From an uncultured Planctomycetota bacterium (GTDB lineage: Bacteria; Planctomycetota; DG-23; CAZBND01), in contig CAZUUK010000008.1 in NCBI GenBank assembly GCA_964622675.1, positions 1,369-65,368 on the forward strand: a stretch of 64,000 bases of DNA, written 5' to 3'. Both the position numbers and the translations under genes were made by a program. Below, in pieces: positions 53,380-62,294 of this stretch. The notes below the pieces were generated by a model. The model was given only the letters and a program-made list of their open reading frames with translations, did no database searches and had not been told where the DNA came from. Every line of letters begins with the position of its first letter. Within the stretch, counting starts at the first letter, position 1.

Positions 53380-54363
53380 CTAGCCCGGCCTCTCGGAAAG
53401 CGCACCTCTTGCCATTCCCAGCACCCGCTCCATCACCTCTTGCAGCTCCCCGTACACCGTCGCGCCCGCCGCATTCCGGTGCCCTCCGCCTCCCAGCTCT
53501 CGCGCCAGCGCCCACACGTCAATCTCGCCCCTCGACCGAAAGCTCACCCGCACAGCACCCGCCTCTATCTCCTTGAACAGGATCATTATCTTCCCGCCCC
53601 GCACGAACCTCGCCATACGAATGAAACCCTCCGTATAGCTGTCATCCACTCCGCACTCTTTGAACATCGCCTGGTCAACGTGGAAGTAAACGATCTGCCC
53701 GTCCGCATCCGTCTTCAGGTTCATCATCGCCCTGCCCATAAGATGCAGCCGCGCCAGAGGGTCGCGCTCGTACACCAGTTGGTACAGCTTCCCGCACGCC
53801 GCACCCAGCCTGCATAGCTCCGACGCTATCTCGAACACCTTCGCCGTCGTATTCCCGTACCGAAACCACCCCGTATCCGTCGCTATCCCCAAGAAAAGCG
53901 CCGCCGCCAGCGACTCCGTAATCGGGAACCCGACCTCACGCGCAAACTCGTACAGCATCTCGCACGTCGCCGAAGCTCCCGCCTCCCGTATCGCCAGCTC
54001 CGTCTCCAGGTCCCCCTTGGTATGATGGTCGATCGCTATTCGGAAATTCCGCCGACCCTTAAGCCTCTCCTCCAGCTTCCCCAGCTGTGACCAGCTCGCC
54101 GTGTCCACGAACACCGTCACTTCCGCTGCCTCGATCAGCTCATCCGCCTCCGGCCCCCTCGCCAGAAACACCCCGTCCGCATCGAGGAACTCGTACCTTT
54201 CCGGAATCGGATCCGCGTTTATTATCTGTACGTTCTTCCCAAGGCTCCTCAGATACTCTCTCAGCACCAGCTCCGCCCCGAGCCCGTCTCCGTCCGGCGA
54301 CACGTGCGTCGTCAGCACAAAGTTATTTCTGGCGTTCAGCGCCTCTTTCAACTCAGACCACAT
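53380..54363 (-). CDS. DHH-family phosphoesterase (NrnA-like oligoribonuclease/pAp phosphatase)
   Basis: HVSPDGDGLGA, AIDHHTKG and DHHA1 GGGGHRNAAG motifs. The ATG at 54363 is preferred; the TTG at 54414 is possible. Confidence 0.85.
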   Translation of the reverse strand: MWSELKEALNARNNFVLTTHVSPDGDGLGAELVLREYLRSLGKNVQIINADPIPERYEFLDADGVFLARGPEADELIEAAEVTVFVDTASWSQLGKLEERLKGRRNFRIAIDHHTKGDLETELAIREAGASATCEMLYEFAREVGFPITESLAAALFLGIATDTGWFRYGNTTAKVFEIASELCRLGAACGKLYQLVYERDPLARLHLMGRAMMNLKTDADGQIVYFHVDQAMFKECGVDDSYTEGFIRMARFVRGGKIMILFKEIEAGAVRVSFRSRGEIDVWALARELGGGGHRNAAGATVYGELQEVMERVLGMARGALSERPG

Positions 54364-54482
54364 AGGCTCCTCCGAGAAGTCCGGTATTTTAACGACCCGC
54401 CCACCATCTAACAAGTCCCTTTCCCTCCAGCGCGCAGTCGTTATAATTTCACTAGAATCCTGACCGCAGAAAGGAACACGTC

Positions 54483-55820
54483 CTGATCACTTCCGCCGCA
54501 GCCAGGTCCATCTGCAGCAGGCTCCTACGCCTCGCCGGCAGACGCAAGCTCGAGATTCTCCTCTTCGCCGAGGAAAACTCCCTCACCAGGTTCGCCGGCA
54601 ACTCCATCCACCAGAACGTGACACAATCAGACCTCGCCATCTCCATAAGAGCGATCATCGGGAAGAAAACCTCCCGCGCCACCACGAACTCCACCGACAC
54701 CCAAAGCCTCGCCCAGACCCTCGAACGCGCCTTCGACCTGGCAAAGCTCCAGGACCCAAACCCCGACCTCCTTCCCCTGCCCTCGCCGCAGACCTACCGC
54801 CGCGTCCGCTCCTACTCCACCAAAACCGCCCGCGCAACCCCCGCAGATCGCGCCCAGGCCGTTAAAGACGCTGTCCGCATTTGCAGGCGAAAAAGCGCCT
54901 CCGCTGCCGGCGCATTCTCCACAGGAGAAAGCCTCCTCGCCGTCGCCAATTCAAAGGGCCTCTTCGCCGCCGGCCGCTCCACCCTCGCTTCCTTCGGCAT
55001 AACCGTCCAGCTCGACGACATCTCCGGCTGGGCGGAGGGCCTATCAACCGACGTCGCCAAACTCGACGCCCCCGCCCTCGCCCGCCGCGCTCTTGCAAAA
55101 GCCATGGCAGCCGCAAATCCAAAACCCATCCAGCCAGGCCCCTACGAAGTCATCCTCGAGCCCGCCGCAGTCGCCGACCTCATTATCTTTCTCGGCCTAT
55201 CCTTCAACGCAATGGCCTACCTCGAAAGGCGCAGCCCCCTCACCGGAAAGCTCGGCAAGCTCATCTTCGGCAAAAACTTCTCCCTCCTCGAAGACCCCTA
55301 TCACGCGCTCCTCCCGGGCCGGCCCTTCGACTTCGAAGGAACTCGCAGCCGGCGCGTCGAGCTCATCCGTAACGGCGTCCTCTCCGGCCTACTCCACGAC
55401 CGCCTCACTGCCAAGAAGATGAGGACAAAGACCACTGGCAACGCACTGGTACAGCCCGCGCCCGACGGCCCCTCATTCACCAGCCTCGTCGTCAATCCCG
55501 GGAAGACCGACCTCCCCGAAATGATCTCCAAATCAAAGCGCGCCATCCTCGTCACCCATCTTCACTACACCAACCTCGTTGACATGGCAAAACTCTACGT
55601 CACAGGAATGACCCGCGACGGCACCTTCCTCGTCGAAAAGGGTAAAATCAGTCGTCCGCTCCGAAACCTCCGCTTCACCCACTCCCTCTTCGACGCCTTC
55701 TCCAACGTCCTTGACGTCGGCCGCGCGCAGCATCTCTGCGCCGGATTCTTCGGAGGCGGCGTCGTCGCAACGGCAATGAGGATAAAGGACTTCAACTTCT
55801 CCAGCGAAACCGAATTCTGA
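54483..55820 (+). CDS. pmbA: PmbA/TldE-family metalloprotease component; start codon apparently non-canonical
   Basis: Conserved N-terminal PmbA sequence (LEILLFAEENSLTRFAGNSIHQN) lies upstream of the first GTG at 54618. That in-frame stretch contains no ATG, GTG or TTG. CTG at 54483 lies 7 nt after AAGGAAC. Confidence 0.8.
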   Translation: MITSAAARSICSRLLRLAGRRKLEILLFAEENSLTRFAGNSIHQNVTQSDLAISIRAIIGKKTSRATTNSTDTQSLAQTLERAFDLAKLQDPNPDLLPLPSPQTYRRVRSYSTKTARATPADRAQAVKDAVRICRRKSASAAGAFSTGESLLAVANSKGLFAAGRSTLASFGITVQLDDISGWAEGLSTDVAKLDAPALARRALAKAMAAANPKPIQPGPYEVILEPAAVADLIIFLGLSFNAMAYLERRSPLTGKLGKLIFGKNFSLLEDPYHALLPGRPFDFEGTRSRRVELIRNGVLSGLLHDRLTAKKMRTKTTGNALVQPAPDGPSFTSLVVNPGKTDLPEMISKSKRAILVTHLHYTNLVDMAKLYVTGMTRDGTFLVEKGKISRPLRNLRFTHSLFDAFSNVLDVGRAQHLCAGFFGGGVVATAMRIKDFNFSSETEF

Positions 55821-55831
55821 GGAGGCACCGC

Positions 55832-57280
55832 TTGCGAAGCCTCACCGAATCAGCCCTCGGAACCGCAAAAAGGCGCGGCGCCACCTACGCCGAAGCGCGC
55901 GTCGTCCAAATAACTTCCCAGAGCCTCTCCGTCAGAAACGGCAAAGTCGCGCGCTCCAACTGGAGCCAAAGCTCAGGCATCGGCATCCGCGCAATCGTAA
56001 ACGGCTCCTGGGGATTCGCCGCCGGCCCAAACCTCACCAAATCCCACGTCGAGAAGACCGCACGGAAAGCCGTCGCCGTCGCTAAGGCCAGCTCCCTCGT
56101 CAAGCTCCGAAACGTCTCCCTCGCCCCGGAGCCCCCGCACCAGGACGTCTGGGTCACCCCCTACACCATAGACCCCTTCTCCATCCCCGTCGAGGAAAAG
56201 CTCGCGCTCCTCTCCTCGACAGACAAGCTCCTTCGCAAGTCGAAAAAAATAACCGTCGCCGAATCCCGCATGGGCTTCCGCCGCGAAAAGATTTTCTTCG
56301 CCAACACCGACGGCGCTTACATCGAGCAGACCCTCCTCCGAAGCGGCGCCGGCTGCTCCGTCACCGCCTCCTCGCGCGGAGAGATCCAGCGCCGCTCCTA
56401 TCCCTTCTCACACGGCGGACACGCCGCAAGCCTCGGCTACGAACTCATCGGCGCCCTCCGCCTCCTCGAAAACGCCGAGCGCGTCCGCGACGAAGCCGTC
56501 GCACTCCTCTCCGCAAAGCCCTGCCCCGCCGGTGAAAAGGACGTCATAATTGACGACACTCAGCTCGCACTGCAGATCCACGAATCCTGCGGCCACCCCT
56601 CCGAACTCGACCGCGTCCTCGGCATGGAAGCCAACTTCGCCGGCACCAGCTTCATGACCCTCGACAAGATCGGCAAATTCAAGTACGGCTCCCCCGTCGT
56701 AAACCTCGTCGCCGACGCCACCCTCCCCACCGGCCTTGCCACCCGCGGCTACGATGACGAAGGCGTTCCCGCCCAGCGATGGCACATCGTTAAGGACGGC
56801 ATCCTACTCGCCTACCAGACAAATCGCGAAGTCGCCGCCGCCGCCGCCGACTCAAAAAGCCGCGGCTGTGCCAGAGCCGACGGCTGGTGGTCCGTCCCCA
56901 TGATACGCATCAACAACCTCAGCCTCATGCCCGGCGCATGGAGCCTCGACGACCTCATCGCCGACACCCGCGACGGCATACTCTTCTCCAACAACCGTTC
57001 CTGGAGCATCGACCAGAGACGGCTCAACTTCCAGTTCGGCACCGAGATCGCCTGGGAAATAAAGAAAGGAAAGCTCCGCGGCATCCTCAAAGACCCCACC
57101 TACCAGGGCATCACTCCCAATTTCTGGCGAAGCTGCGACGCCATCTGCAGCGAAAACCATTGGAAGCTATGGGGCGTCGCGAACTGCGGCAAAGGCCAAC
57201 CCATGCAAGTCGCCGCCATGTCACACGGCTCAGCCCCCGCACGCTTCAGAAAAGTGAAAGTCGGCGTCCAAAACCGCTAG
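55832..57280 (+). CDS. tldD: TldD-family metalloprotease
   Basis: HESCGHPSELD (HExxxH), the GNWSQSSGIGIRAI pattern and C-terminal GxC...GKG. TTG start 12 nt after the pmbA stop. Confidence 0.92.
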   Translation: MRSLTESALGTAKRRGATYAEARVVQITSQSLSVRNGKVARSNWSQSSGIGIRAIVNGSWGFAAGPNLTKSHVEKTARKAVAVAKASSLVKLRNVSLAPEPPHQDVWVTPYTIDPFSIPVEEKLALLSSTDKLLRKSKKITVAESRMGFRREKIFFANTDGAYIEQTLLRSGAGCSVTASSRGEIQRRSYPFSHGGHAASLGYELIGALRLLENAERVRDEAVALLSAKPCPAGEKDVIIDDTQLALQIHESCGHPSELDRVLGMEANFAGTSFMTLDKIGKFKYGSPVVNLVADATLPTGLATRGYDDEGVPAQRWHIVKDGILLAYQTNREVAAAAADSKSRGCARADGWWSVPMIRINNLSLMPGAWSLDDLIADTRDGILFSNNRSWSIDQRRLNFQFGTEIAWEIKKGKLRGILKDPTYQGITPNFWRSCDAICSENHWKLWGVANCGKGQPMQVAAMSHGSAPARFRKVKVGVQNR

Positions 57281-58143
57281 AGCCTCAGCCCCCTCAGCGT
57301 CTTCAGGTTCCTTCTATCCAGAGACCCCGCCTTCTCGCCGGATTCCCGCCCCTTCTCCTTCGGCGTCTCCAGGATCACCGGAACTTCCTCGAAGTTCGGA
57401 TCGTTCACCAGCGGCCTGAACCCCTCCAACCCGATCCTCCCCTTCCCTATGTGCTCGTGCCTGTCCAGCCTCCCTCCCAGTTCGCCCCTCGAATCGTTCG
57501 CGTGGATCACCAGCACCTTCCTCAAACCGATCACCCGCGAAAGCTCCCTCATCGTCCCTGCGCATGCCTCCGCAGTCCTCATGTCGTAGCCCGCCGCGAA
57601 AATGTGGCACGTGTCCACGCATACCCCCAGCCGCTGCGGAAAATGCGAACGACTCATGATCTCCGCCAGATGCTCAAACCGGTATCCCAGCGCCGTCCCC
57701 ATCCCCGACGTCGTCTCCAAAAGCACCTTCGCCTCCGTTCCGGCAGCCTGCTTGAAAGCCTTATCCAATCCCTGTGCTATCTTCTCAATCCCCTTCTCCT
57801 CGCCCTGGCCCCGGTGCGCCCCCGGGTGCAGCGATATCAAACGTATGTTCAGCTTCTCCGCTCGCTCCAGCTCCGTCGCCATCCCTTCCACCGACCGCCG
57901 ATAATGCTCCTCATCCACCGCCGCCAGATTTATAAGGTACGACGCGTGCCCGACCACGGGATCGATCCCCGTCCGCCTCTTCGCCGCCTCAAACCGCCCC
58001 ACCTCATCCTCTTCCAGCGGCTTCAGCCGCCAGTTCAAATTCGGCCGCAGGAAAATCTGCACCGCGTCGCAGCCCACCTCCTCACCGCGCGCCAGCGCCT
58101 TCGAGACCCCTCCGACTATTGACATGTGCGCCCCGAATCGCAC
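57277..58143 (-). CDS. nfo: Endonuclease IV (deoxyribonuclease IV)
   Basis: FGAHMSIVGG, IHANDSRGELGGRLDRHEHIGKG and ILETP motifs. The GTG at 58143, preceded by a GAGGGGGA RBS, overlaps the upstream TAG by 1 nt. Confidence 0.92.
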   Translation of the reverse strand: MRFGAHMSIVGGVSKALARGEEVGCDAVQIFLRPNLNWRLKPLEEDEVGRFEAAKRRTGIDPVVGHASYLINLAAVDEEHYRRSVEGMATELERAEKLNIRLISLHPGAHRGQGEEKGIEKIAQGLDKAFKQAAGTEAKVLLETTSGMGTALGYRFEHLAEIMSRSHFPQRLGVCVDTCHIFAAGYDMRTAEACAGTMRELSRVIGLRKVLVIHANDSRGELGGRLDRHEHIGKGRIGLEGFRPLVNDPNFEEVPVILETPKEKGRESGEKAGSLDRRNLKTLRGLRL

Positions 58144-58835
58144 TACTTCCCCCTCACCACTCCGATCTTCAGGCAGACCTCCTCCAGCGGGCACTCATCG
58201 CACCGCGGCCGCCGCGGATGGCAGATAGCCCGCCCTAACCGAATCATGTTCAAGTGAAGACGGTACGCCGCACCCCTCGGCACCAGCTCCCCCATCACCT
58301 CGTGCGCCTTCTCCGCACTCGCGCTTTCGGGCACCAGCCCCAGCCTCCTCGTCACCCGATGAATGTGCGTGTCCACGGGAAACACTTCCTTCCCGCACGC
58401 AAAGAGAAGCACCACCGCCGCCGTCTTCGGTCCTACCCCCGGAAGCGATCTCAAAGTCTCAATCGCCTCGCCTTTCCTCATACGGCAGATGAAATCCAGC
58501 GAAAGCTCCCCTCGCGTCTCCTTCAACCACCTCAGGATTTCCTTGATCCGCCCGCTCTTCTGCTCCGCCAGCCCTCCCACGCGGATCGCACGCGCAATCT
58601 CCCGCCTCCTCCCCTCCAGCACCTCCTCCCACGTCGCAAACCGCCCCCTGAGCGACGCGAAAGCCCTGTCCCGGTTCAGATCGTTCGTGTTCTGTGAAAG
58701 GATTGTGCCTATCAGCACCGAAAGCGCATCCCGATCCCTTCCCCTCCGCGGAACCCCGAATCGCTCCCGCAGCAGCTCGTCAATCCGCCTCGTCTTCTGA
58801 CTCGCCCGCGACGGCGGCTTCCCTCTCCGTATCAT
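58143..58835 (-). CDS. Second endonuclease III-like HhH-GPD glycosylase with a 4Fe-4S loop
   Basis: LIGTILSQNTND, the HhH motif LPGVGPKTAAVVL, and VDTHIHRV with the catalytic-Asp context. CHPRRPRCDECPLEEVC is the Fe-S loop. Confidence 0.85.
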   Translation of the reverse strand: MIRRGKPPSRASQKTRRIDELLRERFGVPRRGRDRDALSVLIGTILSQNTNDLNRDRAFASLRGRFATWEEVLEGRRREIARAIRVGGLAEQKSGRIKEILRWLKETRGELSLDFICRMRKGEAIETLRSLPGVGPKTAAVVLLFACGKEVFPVDTHIHRVTRRLGLVPESASAEKAHEVMGELVPRGAAYRLHLNMIRLGRAICHPRRPRCDECPLEEVCLKIGVVRGK

Positions 58836-60075
58836 GAGTCGCAGTCAACGTCTCCAGAAGGTGCGTTATCTTGCTGTGAACCCCGAGCCTCTGCCGAACC
58901 AGCAGCGCCCCCAGCCGCTCCGAATACTCTATCGTGCCCGCGCCCCCCTTTTCCTTCCACGAACCCGGCTCCACGTGCTCCTTTATATACTCAATCAGCA
59001 ATTCCGCCGTGAACCGGTAAACTGTCGGACCCTCCCCCTCCTCAGGTTCAAACACAACCGGCAGCTTCTCCTCCCACTCCGGATCCACATTCTCCGTCTC
59101 GAACATCAGATGCATCACCCCTGAATAGATCCTCAGCACAATCTGCGGAACCTTATCCGGCGTGGAAATGAAGACCAGCCCACCCTCCACATCGTAGCCC
59201 AAACCCAACCCACCCAGCAACTCCTCCAGGGCCGCTCCGACCTCGATCCCCTCCGCGCTCAAGCTTACACCCCGCTCTAAAAGCTCCTTCGGAACGCTCG
59301 GGTCCACCATCACGCCCATCTCCCCTCCCGCCGCCTCCCGCAATTCCAAAAGCGCCTCGTGCAGCGGAACATTCTCCAGCCTCACGTCAACCCGGCGCAT
59401 AAGCACCCCCACCTCCACCTCCTTCTCCCCCACCGAAGGCGGCCCGCCACCCAAAATCGCCTCCGGCCTCAGGCACACTACCACCACTCGTACCCTCTCC
59501 GAATCTTCGGCATGCGGAAGTTCCACCCCCGCGAACAGACTCCGCCCAATCCCCAGCCTGTATATGCCCGCGCCCGACGCCGCTTCCTCCTCCAAACTGA
59601 ATCGCCTCGCCTCAGTTTCAACCCACACCACCGCCGCCCGGTTCCCTTCCACCCTGACCACCTGCACCGCAATCTTCAAAAACCACTCGTCCCCGCTCTC
59701 GTCCAACTCCCGATCGAAGCCCACCAACATCATCTCCCTCTTTCCCTCCTCCACCTCCAACCTCTCGGCCACGAGCACCTCACTACCCGGAATCCGAACC
59801 AGCTCCCTCTCCAACCACAGCGCCTCCCCAAAAACCAACTCCATCCCCCCCAGCGGCGCCTCCCCCAACTCCACATCCAGCTCCAGCCCCCGCGAGGCGA
59901 CACCCTTCGCTCGCGGCAGCACGCTCGCCAGGCCTGATCCATCCGTCAACCACGCCCGAACCGCAAATTCCACCCGCTCCCCTTCACCACTCCCCTCCCC
60001 AGCTCCCCCTACACCTCCAAGCAGAAACCCCAAGCACGCCATAAAAACCGCCGCTCTTGCTCGCCACACCCGCAT
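58780..60075 (-). CDS. Secreted hypothetical protein with a secretin-N/STN-like segment
   Basis: Signal peptide MRVWRARAAVFMACLGFLLGG. VDVRLENVPLHEALLELREAAG resembles short STN/secretin-N modules. Confidence 0.7.
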   Translation of the reverse strand: MRVWRARAAVFMACLGFLLGGVGGAGEGSGEGERVEFAVRAWLTDGSGLASVLPRAKGVASRGLELDVELGEAPLGGMELVFGEALWLERELVRIPGSEVLVAERLEVEEGKREMMLVGFDRELDESGDEWFLKIAVQVVRVEGNRAAVVWVETEARRFSLEEEAASGAGIYRLGIGRSLFAGVELPHAEDSERVRVVVVCLRPEAILGGGPPSVGEKEVEVGVLMRRVDVRLENVPLHEALLELREAAGGEMGVMVDPSVPKELLERGVSLSAEGIEVGAALEELLGGLGLGYDVEGGLVFISTPDKVPQIVLRIYSGVMHLMFETENVDPEWEEKLPVVFEPEEGEGPTVYRFTAELLIEYIKEHVEPGSWKEKGGAGTIEYSERLGALLVRQRLGVHSKITHLLETLTATHDTEREAAVAGESEDEAD

Positions 60076-60210
60076 ATTCACATACCTTCTCCTACAAATT
60101 TCTCTCCCGGAGTATCGCACAAACCCACCCCCCGCGCAACCTGACCTTTATCTCAAACATCCTCCGCGATATGATAGATAGTAGGATCACCACTAATAGG
60201 AGGTCACCCC

Positions 60211-61146
60211 TTGAACCCACAACCCAGAGCTCAGACACTCATAGACGCACTTCAAACCGTTATCATCGGCAAGGAGGACGTCGTCAAGCTCCTCGCCGTC
60301 GCCCTGCTCGCTCGCGGCCACGTCCTCCTTGAAGACATCCCCGGCGTCGGCAAAACCACACTCGCCAGAGCCCTCGCCAGAGCGATAAACTGCTCCTTCT
60401 CCCGCATCCAATTCACCCCCGACCTTCTCCCTTCCGACGTCATCGGCGTCTCAATATACAGCACTGACCGCGACCGCTTCGTCTTCAAGCCAGGCCCCAT
60501 CTTCGCCAACATCATCCTCGCCGACGAGATCAACCGCACCACCCCCAGAACACAAAGCGCACTCCTCGAAGCCATGAACGAATTCCAGGTCTCCGTTGAC
60601 AGCGTCACCCATCCCCTCCCCGCCCCATTCATGGTCATCGCCACTCAAAACCCCATCGAATATCACGGAACCTACCCCCTCCCCGAATCCCAGATGGACC
60701 GCTTCCTCCTCCGCACCAGAATCGGCTACCCCGGCCGCGACGACGAAAAGCAGGTCATGCTCAGCCAGCGGATCGTACATCCCCTGGAAAAGCTCTCCCC
60801 CGTCCTCTCATGCGAAGACATAATCGAGATGCAAGATGAGGTGAAAAAGGTCCGCGTAGACGACGCCGTAACCGAGTACATCCTCTCCATTGCCGAGGCA
60901 ACCAGGCGCTCCCGCCGACTCGAAGTCGGCATAAGCCCCCGAGGCTGTCTCATGCTTTCTCGCACCGCGCAGGCACTCGCCATCGTCGAGGGAAGGGATT
61001 ACTGCACCCCCGACGACGTCAAAATACTCGCCGTCCCCGTCCTCTCCCACAGGGTCATCGAGTCCGTCGCCGCCGGCGTCCCTAGCTCGCTCGAAGCCGA
61101 GAAAGTAATGGAAGACACACTCGAAAACGTCGAGGTGCCCCTCTGA
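60211..61146 (+). CDS. MoxR-family AAA+ ATPase
   Basis: [18 protein letters not shown] (Walker A), ILADEINR (Walker B) and [12 protein letters not shown] start after AGGAGG. Confidence 0.93.
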   Translation: MNPQPRAQTLIDALQTVIIGKEDVVKLLAVALLARGHVLLEDIPGVGKTTLARALARAINCSFSRIQFTPDLLPSDVIGVSIYSTDRDRFVFKPGPIFANIILADEINRTTPRTQSALLEAMNEFQVSVDSVTHPLPAPFMVIATQNPIEYHGTYPLPESQMDRFLLRTRIGYPGRDDEKQVMLSQRIVHPLEKLSPVLSCEDIIEMQDEVKKVRVDDAVTEYILSIAEATRRSRRLEVGISPRGCLMLSRTAQALAIVEGRDYCTPDDVKILAVPVLSHRVIESVAAGVPSSLEAEKVMEDTLENVEVPL

Positions 61147-62294
61147 TGTCTCGTGCCGCCCCTTCGGCTGCCCTGCCCCCCGCGCGCCTACAGAGGCTCT
61201 GGAGCTCCAGAGCCGGCCTCCTCTTCTTCATCCTCTCCATATTCACCGGATACGGTGCCGTCCACTCCGGCGCCAACCTGACCTATCTCGTCTTCGGCGT
61301 CATGCTCGGCGCCCTACTCATCTCCGGCGTAGCCGCCGCCTGGAACCTCACCGGCGTCCGCGCACGCCGAGACCTCCCCAAGTACGCCCACGCCGCAAAG
61401 CCTTTCTACGTCACCATCGTCCTCGAAAACCGCGCCGGCCGGCTTTCCGGCTTCTCACTCAAAGCCCACGACAAGCTCCCCCCTGACCTCCATATCCTCG
61501 AAAGCCGCTGCTACGCCCTTCGCGTACTGCCCCGCAGAAAAGCCGAACTGGAATACCTCGCCGTATGCCACAAAAGGGGCCTCCATCGCTTCACACAACT
61601 CACCGTATCATCCCGCTTCCCATTCGGCTTCTTCGCCAACCAGCGCGGCATCAAAGCCCCCGACGAGATCATCGTATATCCCAGAATCGGAAAAATAAGA
61701 GTCGACCTCGCAGAGATAGGCGGCGGCCTCGAATATGCCGAAGGCACCCAGGTCTCCAGGCGCGAGGGCACCGAAGATTTCTACGGCCTCAGAGAATTCC
61801 GCCCCGGCGACAACCCAAGGCGAATCCACTGGAAACGCTCCGCCAGACTCCAAAAGCCGCTCATCATGCAATTCGTCCAACCCCCTGAAAGGGACCTCGA
61901 CGTCTACCTCGATACCTACGTCTCCCCCGGCCTGGAGGAAAGGCTCGAGCCCTGCGTCAGCCTCGCCGCAACACTCTTCGACACTCTCTTGAAAGCGGGC
62001 TATTCCATCGGCCTCAAGCTCCCCGGCCACGCAATGTTCCAGTCCGGCGGCTCATGGTCCGGCTATCACTCCGTCATGAGAAGCCTCGCCCTCGTCCAGC
62101 CCTCTTCACGCGGCCTCACCCCTGAGGAAGTCCAGACCCCCGTCAGCAATCAGGCCGTCCTCATCCTGCCGGAACCATCCCGCGAGCAATCCCTCCTCGC
62201 CGCCGCCCTCAGAAAAACCTACGCCAGAGCACTCATCCTTCCCGCCGCCACAGCCGCCTTCGACTCCTTCTTCGATCCGGGCGCTCAACCATGA
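61146..62294 (+). CDS. DUF58-family protein (MoxR partner)
   Basis: Two N-terminal TM segments and LREFRPGDNPRRIHWKRSAR, the hallmark of the family. Its start overlaps the MoxR stop. Confidence 0.88.
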   Translation: MSRAAPSAALPPARLQRLWSSRAGLLFFILSIFTGYGAVHSGANLTYLVFGVMLGALLISGVAAAWNLTGVRARRDLPKYAHAAKPFYVTIVLENRAGRLSGFSLKAHDKLPPDLHILESRCYALRVLPRRKAELEYLAVCHKRGLHRFTQLTVSSRFPFGFFANQRGIKAPDEIIVYPRIGKIRVDLAEIGGGLEYAEGTQVSRREGTEDFYGLREFRPGDNPRRIHWKRSARLQKPLIMQFVQPPERDLDVYLDTYVSPGLEERLEPCVSLAATLFDTLLKAGYSIGLKLPGHAMFQSGGSWSGYHSVMRSLALVQPSSRGLTPEEVQTPVSNQAVLILPEPSREQSLLAAALRKTYARALILPAATAAFDSFFDPGAQP

